Shown here one piece after another: positions 44,701-55,896 of a stretch of DNA of 64,000 bases. Below the pieces are notes generated by a model, which was not told the origin of the DNA, searched no databases, and saw only the letters and a program-made list of their open reading frames with translations. The stretch comes from Carpediemonas membranifera BICM (Eukaryota; Protista; Fornicata). The number at the start of each line of letters is the position of its first letter. The stretch's first letter is position 1. Where the stretch lies: positions 357,214-421,213 of the forward strand of contig JAHDYR010000011.1 of the NCBI GenBank assembly GCA_019828565.1, read 5' to 3'. Position numbers and translations under genes: made by a program.

Positions 44701-45114
44701 ACCGCGGGCCAGGCGGGAAGCCAGGTCGGAGGTCGTGGGATACCCGCCCCGCAACCAGTGATGGGGAATGCCGAGCCTGCCTGGGCTGGTGCGATGCATC
44801 CAAGCATGAGGTCAGCTGCCCCCAGCAACGCCGGGTCTGCCCAAACTGCGCCTGCTCCTGCGCATGAGCAAGAGAAGAAGCAGGAAAAGAAGTCCCGCCG
44901 TAGACGCTCGAGTGCTGCGGAAGGCGCGCCGTCGGGATTTGACCCGCAGCAAGCCTGGGCCCAGCAACAGCAGATGTACGTGGCCCAGCAGCAGGGGCGG
45001 GCTCAGTCTCATGTGGGGGTGCCCGCACCGCATATGGCCATGATGGGACAGCAGATGAATCCTATGATGAGAGGGCCAGCCAGCGCAGCGCCGGGCTGGG
45101 GTCGCAGGAGGTGA
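41737..45114 (+). CDS. Transmembrane channel-like (TMC family) protein
   Basis: IEGHFGSGVASFFIFQR, LFYSGY, C..IG.QFW.L..MD, EF.I..N..D..Y.Q, CGPF; many TM segments. Confidence 0.9.
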   Translation: MPRQIQLASGFVVDAEDDELTPTIEQFQPQQPAESEEATPASSSPMYMLGANRRRRRKTNRSRGSALNSDGLNLEATPSPIAASPDQTPDSTIPPQIHSERHHHGPARPSDSLEPVSPVGRMHNHAREVSAVDCDVPNHAHGADGVRPTPPYNRRVDVHSATPPGSAQGSRADILDSAQIIADSDSDGVEEIDVGLDPKQTRKAVLIAPGSNRDVLPAVHGDDPAPQPDRREFYNDWAKSMKMTVRSSYNPHMKKHPAPAPEGEENTAWTRIKARALALYTWYKYQLRKRHGPVQLWRKQILNIEGHFGSGVASFFIFQRNVFILDAAIMLLWLIPLALGLLSDVWRDYFEAKDLRWWIVDSWFGMTPLFYSGYPSTLNGDDFKWLTGILPAGPVKDAVLWTLARLPTVPVDLLWATCVVLTYIVSFAVLVYWIKQHFFTASEDDLLVSNNEYPMGTLVYGSWDMGIASRHAGRLLKANIITRLRELAEKERIQAQALHRSLPSALLDYAAKVAGFLVSVALMTVSGTIVVTMVQISKMYGDQYAFITLITTACIGINNFGIPLCIRFVSVFERWRNPNHAILFTVARIWFVKMFAIFIVVYQNFGDIAYRTVFARFSDIVPVNSTDTCPMSNIGIQFWYLLWMDLAITAAADIGLAVLPWVVTRQRSEFVITVNTIDTMYRQALFWIAAILSPANAIVGVISHGSMFFILYYVTVWTNAPQKTSWGASRISHYFLVLLSLTMIVTMVPMLIVLLLVGGIEGEECGPFIAHGSGYKTVLHYMEQLSIAGTSLKDAFEYLLRPAVLAPFVVICLVGIYFLWALRRRSTRKAHTIGTLIDTTKRDTAKLVLTIHKQAKKDAILKTDELTIQEKRDILMKMVSRQRNQKKTLQMQKYQFEQLKAKKQALLAEAEAEREARRVADEELRKLKAKAEREMSKIKRIEEKTEQTSAAVKAEAAKMSAILQQPSPMMAGSPQMAVDSRRQSVVSSTAGQAGSQVGGRGIPAPQPVMGNAEPAWAGAMHPSMRSAAPSNAGSAQTAPAPAHEQEKKQEKKSRRRRSSAAEGAPSGFDPQQAWAQQQQMYVAQQQGRAQSHVGVPAPHMAMMGQQMNPMMRGPASAAPGWGRRR

Positions 45115-46006
45115 TCTGACTGAGTAATGGCGGTGGGAATGTTTGTATAAAGTCACTCGTTTATCCCCAGCGGAGTGGCTAGCCCCGGGTGCATGTAGAT
45201 GAGCTGCAAGTGATTAAATTACATAAAGTCACTCGTTTATGTGTTATGGGAGGTATGCATGGTGGAGGTGGTTGTGGATGGCTTGACGGTGGCCTGGGGT
45301 GAGTCATAATTTGCGATTGACTTGAGTGGGTAGTTGAGTTGGATCGATCGTTGTCAAGAGCATTAACAGTTGCACTGTCCGCGCCACAACTGCTGACCTA
45401 TGTTGACGTTTGATGAACATTTACCGTGTTACATACTATTAAATACGCCTTGCCGTGGACAACCACTCCTCGGGTATCACCTCGTGCCAAGGGCAGATCT
45501 GCGCCCTCGTCCACGGGTCCTTCCAGGAGGGTTCATAAATCTTCGGTCCACATTCTGATGTGGACCGTCTCGTCACTTTACAACCCCTGCCCAAACACCG
45601 ACCATGGCAACTATGCCAGCGCAAGACTCTGTTGTCCGTATCGTATCGTTAAACTTTTCCGACAGTCAAAAATCATCAAGCGTTACAGGTACGGCGGTAT
45701 CACTTCAGAACGATTTCTCATACAGTCGTTGAAAACGAAGCAATGGCATCAGAAACGTCTTGGACAAGGATGTTGGAAGGCCGTTGGCACTGGAACCCTC
45801 GGGCGAATGGCAGCTTTGAATTGACTCAATTTGTTCTGGCCAGAGGGATCAAATCCACGACCATATGATGACATATGCAAGCGAAAAATCGTAGCTTCCG
45901 ATGCGTACAACACATTTTTGCCATCAAATAATTCTATCTTGATAGTTCTAGGTGTCTCTGCGATAAGCATAGTTGCATCTGATTAGAGCAATTTCTGAAA
46001 GCATAA

Positions 46007-46088
46007 GTGCGGATGGCCGAGTGGTCTAAGGCGCTGGTTTAAGGCACCAGTCTCTTCGGGGGCGTGGGTTCGAATCCCACTTCGCACA
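46007..46088 (+). tRNA. tRNA-Leu(AAG)
   Basis: GTGCGGA/TTCGCAC acceptor, TGGCCGAGTGGTCTAAGGC, CTGGT-TTAAGGC-ACCAG anticodon arm, long variable arm, GGTTCGAATCC. Confidence 0.97.
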
Positions 46089-46311
46089 TATGTTTATTGA
46101 CGAATCGGTCAGCGCTACGGAGAAGCACACGGAGGGCTCGTTCGACGTCGTGGTCGCTCGTGGGCACGCTCGGGGTGGTGTGGGGGCGATACGAGGCGTT
46201 GGGCCTAAAAGTGCGCGTTGCAGATTTTCGGCACTTCGACACCGAATGCGGGAATTTCGCTGAGAAAGCAACGAATACGGAAAGTAGCGCTGAAAAAGAA
46301 ATCAATATCAA

Positions 46312-46824
46312 TTAGTCATCGCAAAAGGCGTTGTAGCCATGCGATGCAAGCACAGCGACCGCGTGCCGTGCTTCTTCAGTCCAATCACGGGCAACGAGGC
46401 AGTTTCCTCTCCAAATTGCTGCGAAAACACGTTCATGAACACGTGTTGCGTTCTTGCCGCTCATCAAAGCGGTGAACTCCTTCATCCAACCGTTTGCCGT
46501 CACCACGTGGCCGCCCATCTCTGAGCGCCTACCGCAGCGCCCATCGAGGGACACTACGGCCGGGATCACATCAACATTCCACGGGGCGTACCGCTCACGC
46601 TTCTTCCGAGCCGTGTCGTGGTACTCGTTCGAGACCACAACATCGATGGCCGTAGGGTTCGTGCCGCGGTCGTTGAACGCGAAGACGTCAACTCGGGCGT
46701 CTCTGTGCGTTGTGTCGGGGTCTTTCGTGTAACGGGAGGAGTGGCGGAGCCAGAACTCCTTCCTGGCAGGGACACCGTTCCCCACCACTTCGCACAAACT
46801 TTTACTCAAAGCAACATTCACCGT
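46312..46824 (-). pseudogene. C-terminal restriction-like endonuclease (RLE) domain of a CRE/R2-type non-LTR retrotransposon, cut by DIRS-3
   Basis: RVD..AIDVVV..KKRERY..IPAVVSLDG..IWRGN pattern. Confidence 0.7.
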
Positions 46825-47779
46825 GCTAGCTATCCTAGCCTCATGACATTCTTTTCATTAACCAACGGGGGGCGCTTAATTTACACAATGTTAACGAGGA
46901 AGCTAGTGTAAGTTAAACGTGAAGTCCTCTCCGCTTACCGAGGGAGAAGGAGTATACCAGTCGTAACTGGTACCGTGCCGTCGGATCCGGCGGATCCGAA
47001 CCTTGCGCCATTCTGTCCGCATAAACTGCGTGACTCGCCTGACCGGCGAAACACCTTTTGCCCGGAGTGAGGCTATCGCATCGCCCTCCGCTCCGGGCCC
47101 GTTACCCGAGGTAACCTTACTGACGATGTAGCGCCAGCTAGCTATCCTAGCCTCATGACATTCTTTTCATTAACCAACGGGGATATCCCGCCGGCAACGT
47201 GCTAACAATGGTTGGCCCACAGGCACGCAAGTGGGCCCCCGACCAACCCCCTCGTGGGTTCGCGTCCAAGAATGTCAGTACCGTGCTAATCGTCACTGCC
47301 CCACGACTCCCGTCGTGATTTAGAGTGGTGGTTGTAGTAGAATTGAGGCCAGGTGACCCTAGACCCCTGGATGGGTGCGTACCCCGTTACCCATGTACCT
47401 CAGCATGCTCTTCGTAGATGACCACGTGCCCATTGAAAGGAGGACCTCCGTGTTTGTGTTGGCCACTGCCAGCTCAGTAGCTGCCCCCTTGCGGAAGGAG
47501 TGCCATGAAACGCTCGGGCCGAAGGCGCTGTGGATCCATGTGCGGAGGGTGGACGCTGCAAGTGGACACGTGAGTGATATACCTCCCGATGGACCGATCG
47601 TGCGCCAGATCGAGTCGGAATTGTGTCGCGTCGCAGTTGGGACCCAGGCCTTGAGGGCTCTTGCCGGGTTGAAGCGGTCCCATGACCTGTTAGGAATAAG
47701 CTTATGGATGCCCTTGGCCGTCTTGGTGCGGGGGAACCAGAGCATAGCGTTGCCCTGTTCATCAGTTAAAATGTCCGGT
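46825..47779 (-). mobile_element. 3' end of a third DIRS-order element (B2 46825-46870, B1 47137-47182, YR C-terminus)
   Basis: 46-bp direct repeats; same architecture as DIRS-2. Confidence 0.85.
47359..47779 (-). pseudogene. Tyrosine recombinase C-terminal fragment
   Basis: RTKT, FNPARAL, HSFRKGAATELA, SMGTWSS..LRY; clearly homologous to the DIRS-2 YR; upstream R motif missing. Confidence 0.9.
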
Positions 47780-48567
47780 ATGGAAAGTTGGAATCACCAA
47801 CCGGAACAAAGCCAAGCGCCGAGGAATGATAGCCATTGGCGATTCTTTCGAGGTTTATAGAGCTCAAAACAGAGCGGCGGTGACCTATAGCGCGGAATGC
47901 CACATTTTGGTCAATTCAGCATCGGGAGTTCTCCTGCTCGGGGAATACCAGCAGGAACAGCATAACTCTTTACCACTTCTACCCATAGGGCGCACGAGGC
48001 CTCTCTCTAGCCTCCTCGATGAGATCGCCTGAGACCAAGTCAAACGGAAGCGAAACGGGCCGGTGGCAGAAAACTGGAAGATGCGAGCGCCGGAGGCACG
48101 AGCCGTCGCCCCTGAAACCACCCTGCCTGCCTTGTATAACCCGCTAGCGGACGGGCGCTGTGCTTGGGTTGGTTCTCTGTGCTCCCTAAAGTGCACCCTC
48201 TGGGGCAACGAAACCCGTATGGGCATGGAGCCCCCGGTGAGCGGTCTGATGGGATATTACCATCCAAAAGACCAAGGGAAGCTTACCGCCCGGACGTTCC
48301 TCAACCCACAGGGCAAAGAACGTCCAGAGGAGCCCCCAGCAACATGCCAAGGGCCCTCACCACTGCAACCAAGCCGAAACCAAGGTATGAACTCATGAAT
48401 TTAGTAGGAATGACGCGCAACTGGAGGGAAACCCAAATGGCGCCCTGTGGCCGCGCTCCCCGCTGGGAGAAGGGGGAGAATGCCGGGGCCCAGCAACCCG
48501 AGTGGTAGGCAGATACCGCAAGGAACAGCAGCAACATGGTCTCAACCCCCCATTCAACCCTGGGTGT

Positions 48568-49440
48568 TTACTGAGGAGTCCCGGCGCCCAGGAACTCCAC
48601 TGAGGGGCTTCCGTCGGCAAGGAAATGGGAAACCGAAGGGACATACTGCCTAAGGGCCCGCTCAAGAGCGCCCCTGCTGCTGCGATACATAACCATCTGG
48701 GACTGAGAAGTGCGCTGGAATGCCAAAATGGCCTGTAGGTTCTCGACAGGCTGATCCTCGTCGGTCCCCTCATGGAGCATGTCCACGAAGGCATAGGCAC
48801 ACGAGTGCCAGTCCATGGCGATGCGATCCAAAGTGCTGAGAGCGTCGAGGGCTGACGCAAGTGGAGCCACAGGCTGACGAACGGTGCGAGCCCCAGCTGG
48901 GGAGGAAGCCAATGGCGTGACAAACGGGGCAGCGCCCTCGCCGTTGTGAGGACCGGGGGAAGCAGGGGACCGGGCCAGCTGGAGGCGGCGGGGGACGGCT
49001 TTCCCCTGGAAGGAGCGGAAGAGTCGGCGTTGAGGACTCCTGAGGCCCCATCCCACCAGGTTGGGAGCAGAGGCGCGGGCGCTGCGGGAGGAAGGCAATG
49101 CCAATGACCCGGGGGGCAGCTCCTCCACAGAGGACGATGTGGTGGAAGAATCCGACCCCCAGCCCTCTCTAGGGGTCTGGGGCTCCGCCGCGGCAATGCC
49201 TGGGCCTTGGAGGTGATCGGCATGAGGGCCAAGAGGGGAATCAGGTACCTTAGAAGGCTGAACCTTAGCTGCGGCAATGCCTGGGCCTTGGTGGTAGTCG
49301 CCAGGCGGGCTAATGGGTGTAACAGGAACCAAATGTGGTGAACTCATATTATGGCTACAAGGTTCGCAACCGACCCCGCATCTCAGGCAATAGGCCACAC
49401 CTCCCCGCCCCTGCTCGGAAAGGCCAACGTGCAACGCCAC
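48568..49440 (-). CDS. Hypothetical protein, divergent from the nuclease gene
   Basis: 290-codon ORF with a QGPGIAAA repeat; no recognised domain. Confidence 0.35.
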   Translation of the reverse strand: MALHVGLSEQGRGGVAYCLRCGVGCEPCSHNMSSPHLVPVTPISPPGDYHQGPGIAAAKVQPSKVPDSPLGPHADHLQGPGIAAAEPQTPREGWGSDSSTTSSSVEELPPGSLALPSSRSARASAPNLVGWGLRSPQRRLFRSFQGKAVPRRLQLARSPASPGPHNGEGAAPFVTPLASSPAGARTVRQPVAPLASALDALSTLDRIAMDWHSCAYAFVDMLHEGTDEDQPVENLQAILAFQRTSQSQMVMYRSSRGALERALRQYVPSVSHFLADGSPSVEFLGAGTPQ

Positions 49441-49475
49441 AAGGCTATGGTGTGATCAGGTGATGGAGCACTAAA

Positions 49476-52400
49476 ATGCACACTCCTCATCCGAGCCACC
49501 GGCCGGCAATGGACGCGTTTCCCAGGAACCCACAGGGCGGGTACGTTGCCCGAGCAGAAGATCTCCTCCCCGAGCATCCCATAGGGCCTCCTCTACGCAA
49601 GGAGCGCACGAGAACCGAGAAAATCGCCGACTTGATCCGGATGTACGGCGACCTAAAAGGGTATAGCAAGATAAAGGATCCCTTCCCCCCAGGAGTGGAT
49701 CACCAGCTACAGTGGTGGCAGAATCCCAGCCGAGAAAGGGAAATAACGGCTACCCAAATGCTAGAAAATGACATCCTGCTATACCACTACGCCCTGATAA
49801 CCGGAAGGCCATGGTGGGTAAGCCAGGCGGCCTGGAAAATCCACCGCGAGGACCAACAGCGCCGGCCACTGCCCCGATGCGGGCCGGCCTTCGTGATGTT
49901 CACCTCCAAGGCCGATTACTCCCTGACCCCGGGTTTCCCAGCCTACGAGCGCCGGCAACGGCGCCTACAGGCGAGGCGGGCAGGGAGGGCTCCCCCCGGG
50001 GGATTCATGCCGACTTTCCCCCTCCGACTTTTCGAGACCAATTTCGGCCACAAACACAAAGTTCCCCCAACAAGCCATGGGCCGGGGGAATGATGTAGAC
50101 GAAGCTGGAACAGAGCTCACCAAGCTTGGAAAACGCTTAGCTACGACCGAAGAGTGGCAAAAAGTCCGAAGAGCAGCCGATTCCATCCTCGCCAAGTGCA
50201 ACAACACCACAGTGATCTTCTCGAGGGATAACGCCGCCAACTTCAAGGTATCAAGCCCGCCACCGGCTAGATCCTTGCTGTTCGAGCTAGTTGCCAGCAC
50301 TCTCAAGGCCGCAGGTCACCAAAGCCTCACAGGGCCTGGGATCAGGACAAGGTTCGGCCAGCAGAGCGCCGCCTGGCTCCTCAAGGCAGGCGGCCAAGCC
50401 ACAGCCGGCTCAGCGAAAGCGCCAGGTGCGGACAGAGCCCACAACAACGTCAACAACAAGTGGGCGGCCCTAGGTCGGGCCTGGGAGGATGCCCCCGTCC
50501 CCCTTAGCCCCAGACCCCCAGCAGGAAGCTTCCCCCCCTTGACGGACAGGCCGTCAAGCCCTGGGAAGGTGGCATGTTCTCCGCGATAGCTGTCTACAGC
50601 AGGACCGATGGGGTGACCAGACCTGTGTTGGTTAGCAGGACACCCACGGATTCAGCCCTCAACATTGCCGGCGACGAGCTAGCGCGCAGTGAGGCCGAAG
50701 ACTTAGTGCTTCGCTGGACGGTTCCGGGCTTCAAAGAGCTGTGGGCCGCATGGGATACTACTACCCGGCCAATGCCGGCCCCTGAGTTCATCCACCCGGA
50801 CCTCTGCGACGCTTCCACCCTCGTTAGCAGGATCGCAAACATCTGGATGGCGGACCAGGGTACCAAGCTGCTCGCCACCGAATCCACAGGGGACGGCCCG
50901 CCCAAGGGCAACGAGCAAACCGACAACCCACCCCACGAGGGCAACCCGGTCACCCCCCACCGAATAATGGCAGAGCAAGTGCAGGTGATAGCCCGCCCAA
51001 CGGCGGCCCAAGGACGGACCCACCCACCAGGGGGCAACCTGGGCGTTGCCCCGCACAACGGCGGCGACCCGACCACTGGCCAACCCAACATGGGCGATCC
51101 AGTCGCCCCCTCGTTCATTGGGGGCGAAGCAGGTTGGAACCCAACTAGCGGGGGGAACCCCGCCACCATGCCCAGCGGCGAAAGTGCGGGCTCGGAGACC
51201 GGGGGTACCCAAGATGGCCCCCGGCCCAACGCCGACGACTCGGCCAGAAGAGTCCCTGGCAGTGATAGTGACGTCAACCCGCCAAGGGGTAGAGAACTGT
51301 CAGCCAACAGCAGACTCCCCCCGTCCTGCCCGCTCACCAACCCGCAGGGCAAGAGGATGCTGATCGGGTGCATTGACTTCGAAGCGTCCAAACCCGCATC
51401 CAAGGCGGGGGATGAGGCCGTCATATGCGAAGGGGCGGTCATAGTCTTTGACCCCGCCAACGGGAATATCGTCGCCAGTCTGCACGGGATGTTAGGCGAA
51501 GATATTCGGGTGGCCGACCTCGACCAGGCTCTGATGAGCTCAAGAATTCTCCACGGTTGCCCCCCAGCCACCTTCGTCGACATCACCACTGGGCAGGCCC
51601 CCAGGGATTCGAAAGCACATTCCCAAACAGCACCACATGGTGCGCGGAAATGATCGATGCCCTCCGGCGTCTCGAAGGACACCATAACGCGTTCATCCAC
51701 CTGACTGCCAAAGGGGTGGAAGCTGAACGAAGTGTCCTCACGAGCGCCAAATACGTACCGGATTCCACGGCCAGGGCATGGGTAGCCACCCACCTAATCG
51801 ATGAAGCCGGCCTAGATGCGGTGTACCCCCGTCTCAATAGCACCCTCACCCTCTTCTACCCCCCCTCCCAGGAGGACCGCCCGGTCCGAGAGAACCTCCC
51901 ACAGGAGGACCAGAAGGCAGCCGAGCAGGCCAAGGTCTGGACCCGCGACCAGCAAAGGAGAAGGGAACCCAAGGGGCTGTGCCCCTATCACAGAAAACGC
52001 ACCAGCCTACTGTCACTGTGCGCTTGCGGATGTATCGCTCTTCTACACAAGACTCTCCCTGGCCATCCACATGCTGTATAACCCGTGGACCTGGGCTGAT
52101 GTGGGAGCGGAACTAATCGCACGAGGAGGGAAAGTGACGGGGGCACAAAGCCCCATCATTAGAGTAGGACACGGGGTCCCAGACCTGGCTGTAGAGATCA
52201 ACCGCCATAGAGGGCGAGAGGTCATCACACCCCTGGGGCAACTACAGCACGTGATCTTTACCACCAAGCCGCGTCCGAAGGAAATCCACATGGCCAAAAC
52301 GACCGCGCAAGAGTTCAGCACAGGAAAAGGAATCCTAAGGGTCCTTGAAAGGAGGGGCGTAGCCGTTCTCAGCCCGGACTCCTGCCCAAGCACGAGACCC

Positions 52401-53788
52401 CTGGTCGTGGAGCTCCTATCCGAGTGGAACGGTAGGCGCCGCGTAGCAAGGGAGAAGGGCTACTGGCCAGACTTCTATGGCAACCGTACCACCCTGGACC
52501 CCAGGGTCATGGAGCAACTCCCGGTCAAACTCCACCCCGAGCTCCTGACCCTATCCCAGGCAGCCTCGCTGGTCCCGCTCCATAAGCATGACATGATGCA
52601 TGGGGGCTCAGCCCAGCAGCTGAGACACCGGCTCACCCACTGCCTGGTGAACATCGGCGATAGAGCACCAGCGGGCGTCCCGAAACTCATCGTAAGCGCG
52701 GAACTCCGGCGCCAAGATAGAGGGCCCAGGCATTATGTCAACTTCTTCCCCTCGGTTCTTCCCCTAGACTGGGGCATCCGCACAGTAGAACAAGGAGGGG
52801 AGCCTGGAAGACGCCGCCCGAGCGCCTTGGGCGAACCCCAATACGACGGCACCCTGGCCCTGGGATGCAGTCCCATGATGAGACTACCCCCCATCCGCCT
52901 GTGGGACTTCCCGTACACCCAGAACAACGACGGGCACAGGTCGCAGCGAGAGCAAAAAGAGGCTGTGACCGCGGCAAGGGCCGCGCTTAGAGCCTGCCTC
53001 GAAGAGCACCGGGAGAGGCTCACCAACGAGATTCACCAAGGCATGGAGTGGCCGGCCCTAGGGCTGCTTGAGGGCCCGCTCACCGAGAACCGACAGGTCC
53101 CCACCCCGAACCCATCTCAAAGGAAGGTGAACGCCACCCCCTCCCCCAGCAGGCTCCAAGGGGAAACAAACCCCACCCCCAACCCGCGCCAGGTAACCCC
53201 CGCCCACCCCACCCCAAGGGCAATCATCACCCCTAATGCGCACCAGGTAAGCCCTGCTTACCCCACTCCCAGAGGAATGAACCCCCCCACCCGGCCCCGG
53301 GACAGGCGATCCTCACGCCTCACAAAGAGGCCAACCCCCCGGCGATGCCTCTGAGCCAGGCTTTCGAGCACCGGCCCCCGCCGGGCGGCCCCGAAGGGAA
53401 GAGGCCCCCAAACCCAAGACTGGGCACGGTCGATCAGATGGGTGCCTACATCCAAGCCCTCTTCCAAGCGGAGGTGGAGCGAAGAGCTGAAGAAGAGCGG
53501 CAGCGGATCATGAGCCATTACGAAGAGGAAGTCTCCCGGCTGAACAACGAGGTTACCCACCTCCAAGGCCAGCTGGCCAAGGAAAGGGAAGCCCTAGCAA
53601 GAGGAGCGAGCGAGCGCCAGCGCCTCCAGCGCATCGCCGAGAAATCGGAGGCCTTCAAAAGAGCCAGCCTCAGGCTCCGTGAAACAAACAGAGTCCTCGA
53701 GGCCAGGCTTGAGGAGGCGCTTCATACTGTCAACATCCCTAGATTATCTTTGCTAAACCCTAGATTATCTTCGACCTCAAAAAGCTAG
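49476..53788 (+). pseudogene. Probable single large gene broken by frameshifts, containing a Maelstrom/arenavirus-NP-like DEDDh nuclease, Pro-rich repeats and a coiled coil
   Basis: Six abutting ORFs; repairing C5 (51598-51602) and A4 (51994-51997) gives IDFE..ICE..ILHG..AKG..E..CPYH..HCALAD. Confidence 0.65.
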
Positions 53789-54633
53789 ATAATCTACGGT
53801 TGCAAGAAAAAATGAACTCGACGATGAGCCGGAGCTGGATCTTCAAAGTGGTATGGTAGTACTTGGCTATACCTAAGCAATACGCATGCGCAGTATCAAA
53901 CTTTAAATCCTGCTAGAAAAAAGTAACATAGGGACAAATTGGAATTGAGAGTTGAGACTCAAAAAACGGGCAGGGGGGAGGAAATGGTCCATAAGTACGC
54001 CTTATGGGTCGCTTCCTCCCCTCTGCCCCTTTTTATCGCAAAATCGATTTGCCGGATTTGACACATGTTTGATGTGATCAAAATGGATTTGATAGACATG
54101 AGTCCAGATCATGCAGTTGGCCATCCTGAAGCGCTAGGGCGGTCTGCAGACCGCAGCAATGCCTCTGCTGAATGCCCTTCGCCTGACGGACAGGACGCGC
54201 GTTGACTCTAAAGGACTGCATGTTTCGGCATTAAAAAGAAGGTGTGGAATACAACGGAGTCATCGCCGAACCGCTCCGACCAAGTCGGTTATTAGGACAT
54301 CGCGTTCAGACGCCCTCTGCAATTACCAAGTCAATAGATGGGAGTCGACCTGATCAGCACGTCATTTGGGGCCTCAGGTGACCCTATAGCTGAGTTTGGC
54401 TGGGCTCTGCTGCGGCCATGGGCCGCTAGCGCGCTGCTTGGCTCTTTTCTCCTCGTAAGGCGGCCGTAGAGGTCTGATCTGAGCCTCGTTATAATAGTCT
54501 GCCCGAGTAGAGGCCAGCCATACCATAAATGCCCCCCATTCCCCCCTCCCGGTCGCTCATACCTCCAAAATGGCCTATATTCCCTGTATGAAGCTTAATA
54601 AGGGCGGATTTCCCATAAGTCGTGGCATAGAGG

Positions 54634-54866
54634 TGTAAACATATCCATTGACTCTGAATCTTTTATTTCTCCATCTGCGAGTTAAGCCAGGCCACTGCCT
54701 TTCCCGTCAAATATACCTTACGTGTGTCGTGCGCCTTCTTTGTTGCTCTTGCGGCTGAAGCATCAACAGTGGCCTGCTTCAACAAATCTCGGCAGCTAGA
54801 CTTCGGCGTCTTGGTGCCACGCCGCGTGCAGGCCCACTCTCTATCGTCCACGGACTCACCACACAC
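54634..54866. repeat. About 230-bp direct repeat of 55867-56100 (shared 3' coding end)
   Basis: Near-identical sequence encoding DDREWACTRRGTK...NSQMEK*. Confidence 0.85.
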
Positions 54867-55593
54867 AACGCATGACCCTGCGAATACGGTCGGTGGCTTT
54901 CTCCTTCAGCTTCTGTCGAAGCAGATCGCACATCGCGGTCTTGACGACGCGTCGAGACAATTCATGCGTGCGCAGGGTACTAACAGGCTCAACCAACAGC
55001 TCTGTCTGAGTAGACGCCTCCTCTAGGTCTCGCACAGTCTGAGTCTCTGCATGCTCACCCTGTGGCGAAAACTGCTGGCATTTTCCCACCATCCTCGGCT
55101 TATCAGGATCAGGACCCAGCGCAGTCATGTAAACAGGTACCTCAACCCGCTTCTCGACTATCCTGACAGGCTGGGAGTCCCTGCGGGAAGGGACTTGCGG
55201 GTGAACTCGCGTCCTGGTCGGCCCCCCGTTCGCCTCGTTGTGCAGAGCCTCCATGAAGGCATTGAAGCCGTCATCACGGCCCACCTTCTGCGTCACAAAC
55301 GACATGACGCATGTGACCGACATCTCAAAGGATGCAAAATCGGCAGCACTGGAAACATCGCGATTGTGGCAGATTGAGTTTCGAGCTGCCAACAGCTCGC
55401 GTATATGTCTCTTATCAGCGTGGTGAAGATCAGGAACACGATGTAGGATCGCTTGCAAAAGCATAGCCGGATCCATCTCGCCACCGTCACCACGGTACCT
55501 CGCGATGTACTCCTGCAGCTTCGGAATCATCCTCAGTAGCGCTTCAAACATCATGCTGGCGTATCCTGCTGAATCCTTCACCCCAGAGCTCAT
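54663..55593 (-). CDS. HEPN (Swt1-like) domain protein with frameshifted C-terminal tail
   Basis: D..MLLQAI...IRELLAARNSICH (Rx4H) in helical context; tail shared with 55897-56109. Confidence 0.55.
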
Positions 55594-55896
55594 ATCGGTT
55601 TCTTCAGAACGAAATTCTAAAGAAATGTTCGGTGGTAAGTGAGATCACTGCGCATCTAGAGACAGCAGAAACGTAACCTACAGCCCATATTGATGTGGGC
55701 TGGTCTTATCCGGATGTCCAAGGACCTTGATTCGCTCTGGGGTAGTCCCCCATGACCGTCAGGCACGCGAACCGCATCCTGCACGAAGCGGGGATGCAGA
55801 GTCTGAAAAAGACCCATCTCTCTGTCCGATCTGGATACCCCTGACGATAGATGGAATGAATGAAGCTGTAAACATATCCATTGACTCTGAATCTTT

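Noticed and set aside
37023-45156. Long opposite-strand ORFs over BMS1, the actin-related gene and TMC (also 50594-51793)
   Set aside because: Shadow ORFs expected from GC-rich codon usage; no motifs.
47119-47170. Hammerhead ribozyme (CTGACGA)
   Set aside because: No correctly placed GAAA or stem arrangement.
49476-53788. Viral or operon-like array of six overlapping genes
   Set aside because: One nuclease domain spans three of the ORFs, so a single frameshifted gene fits better.
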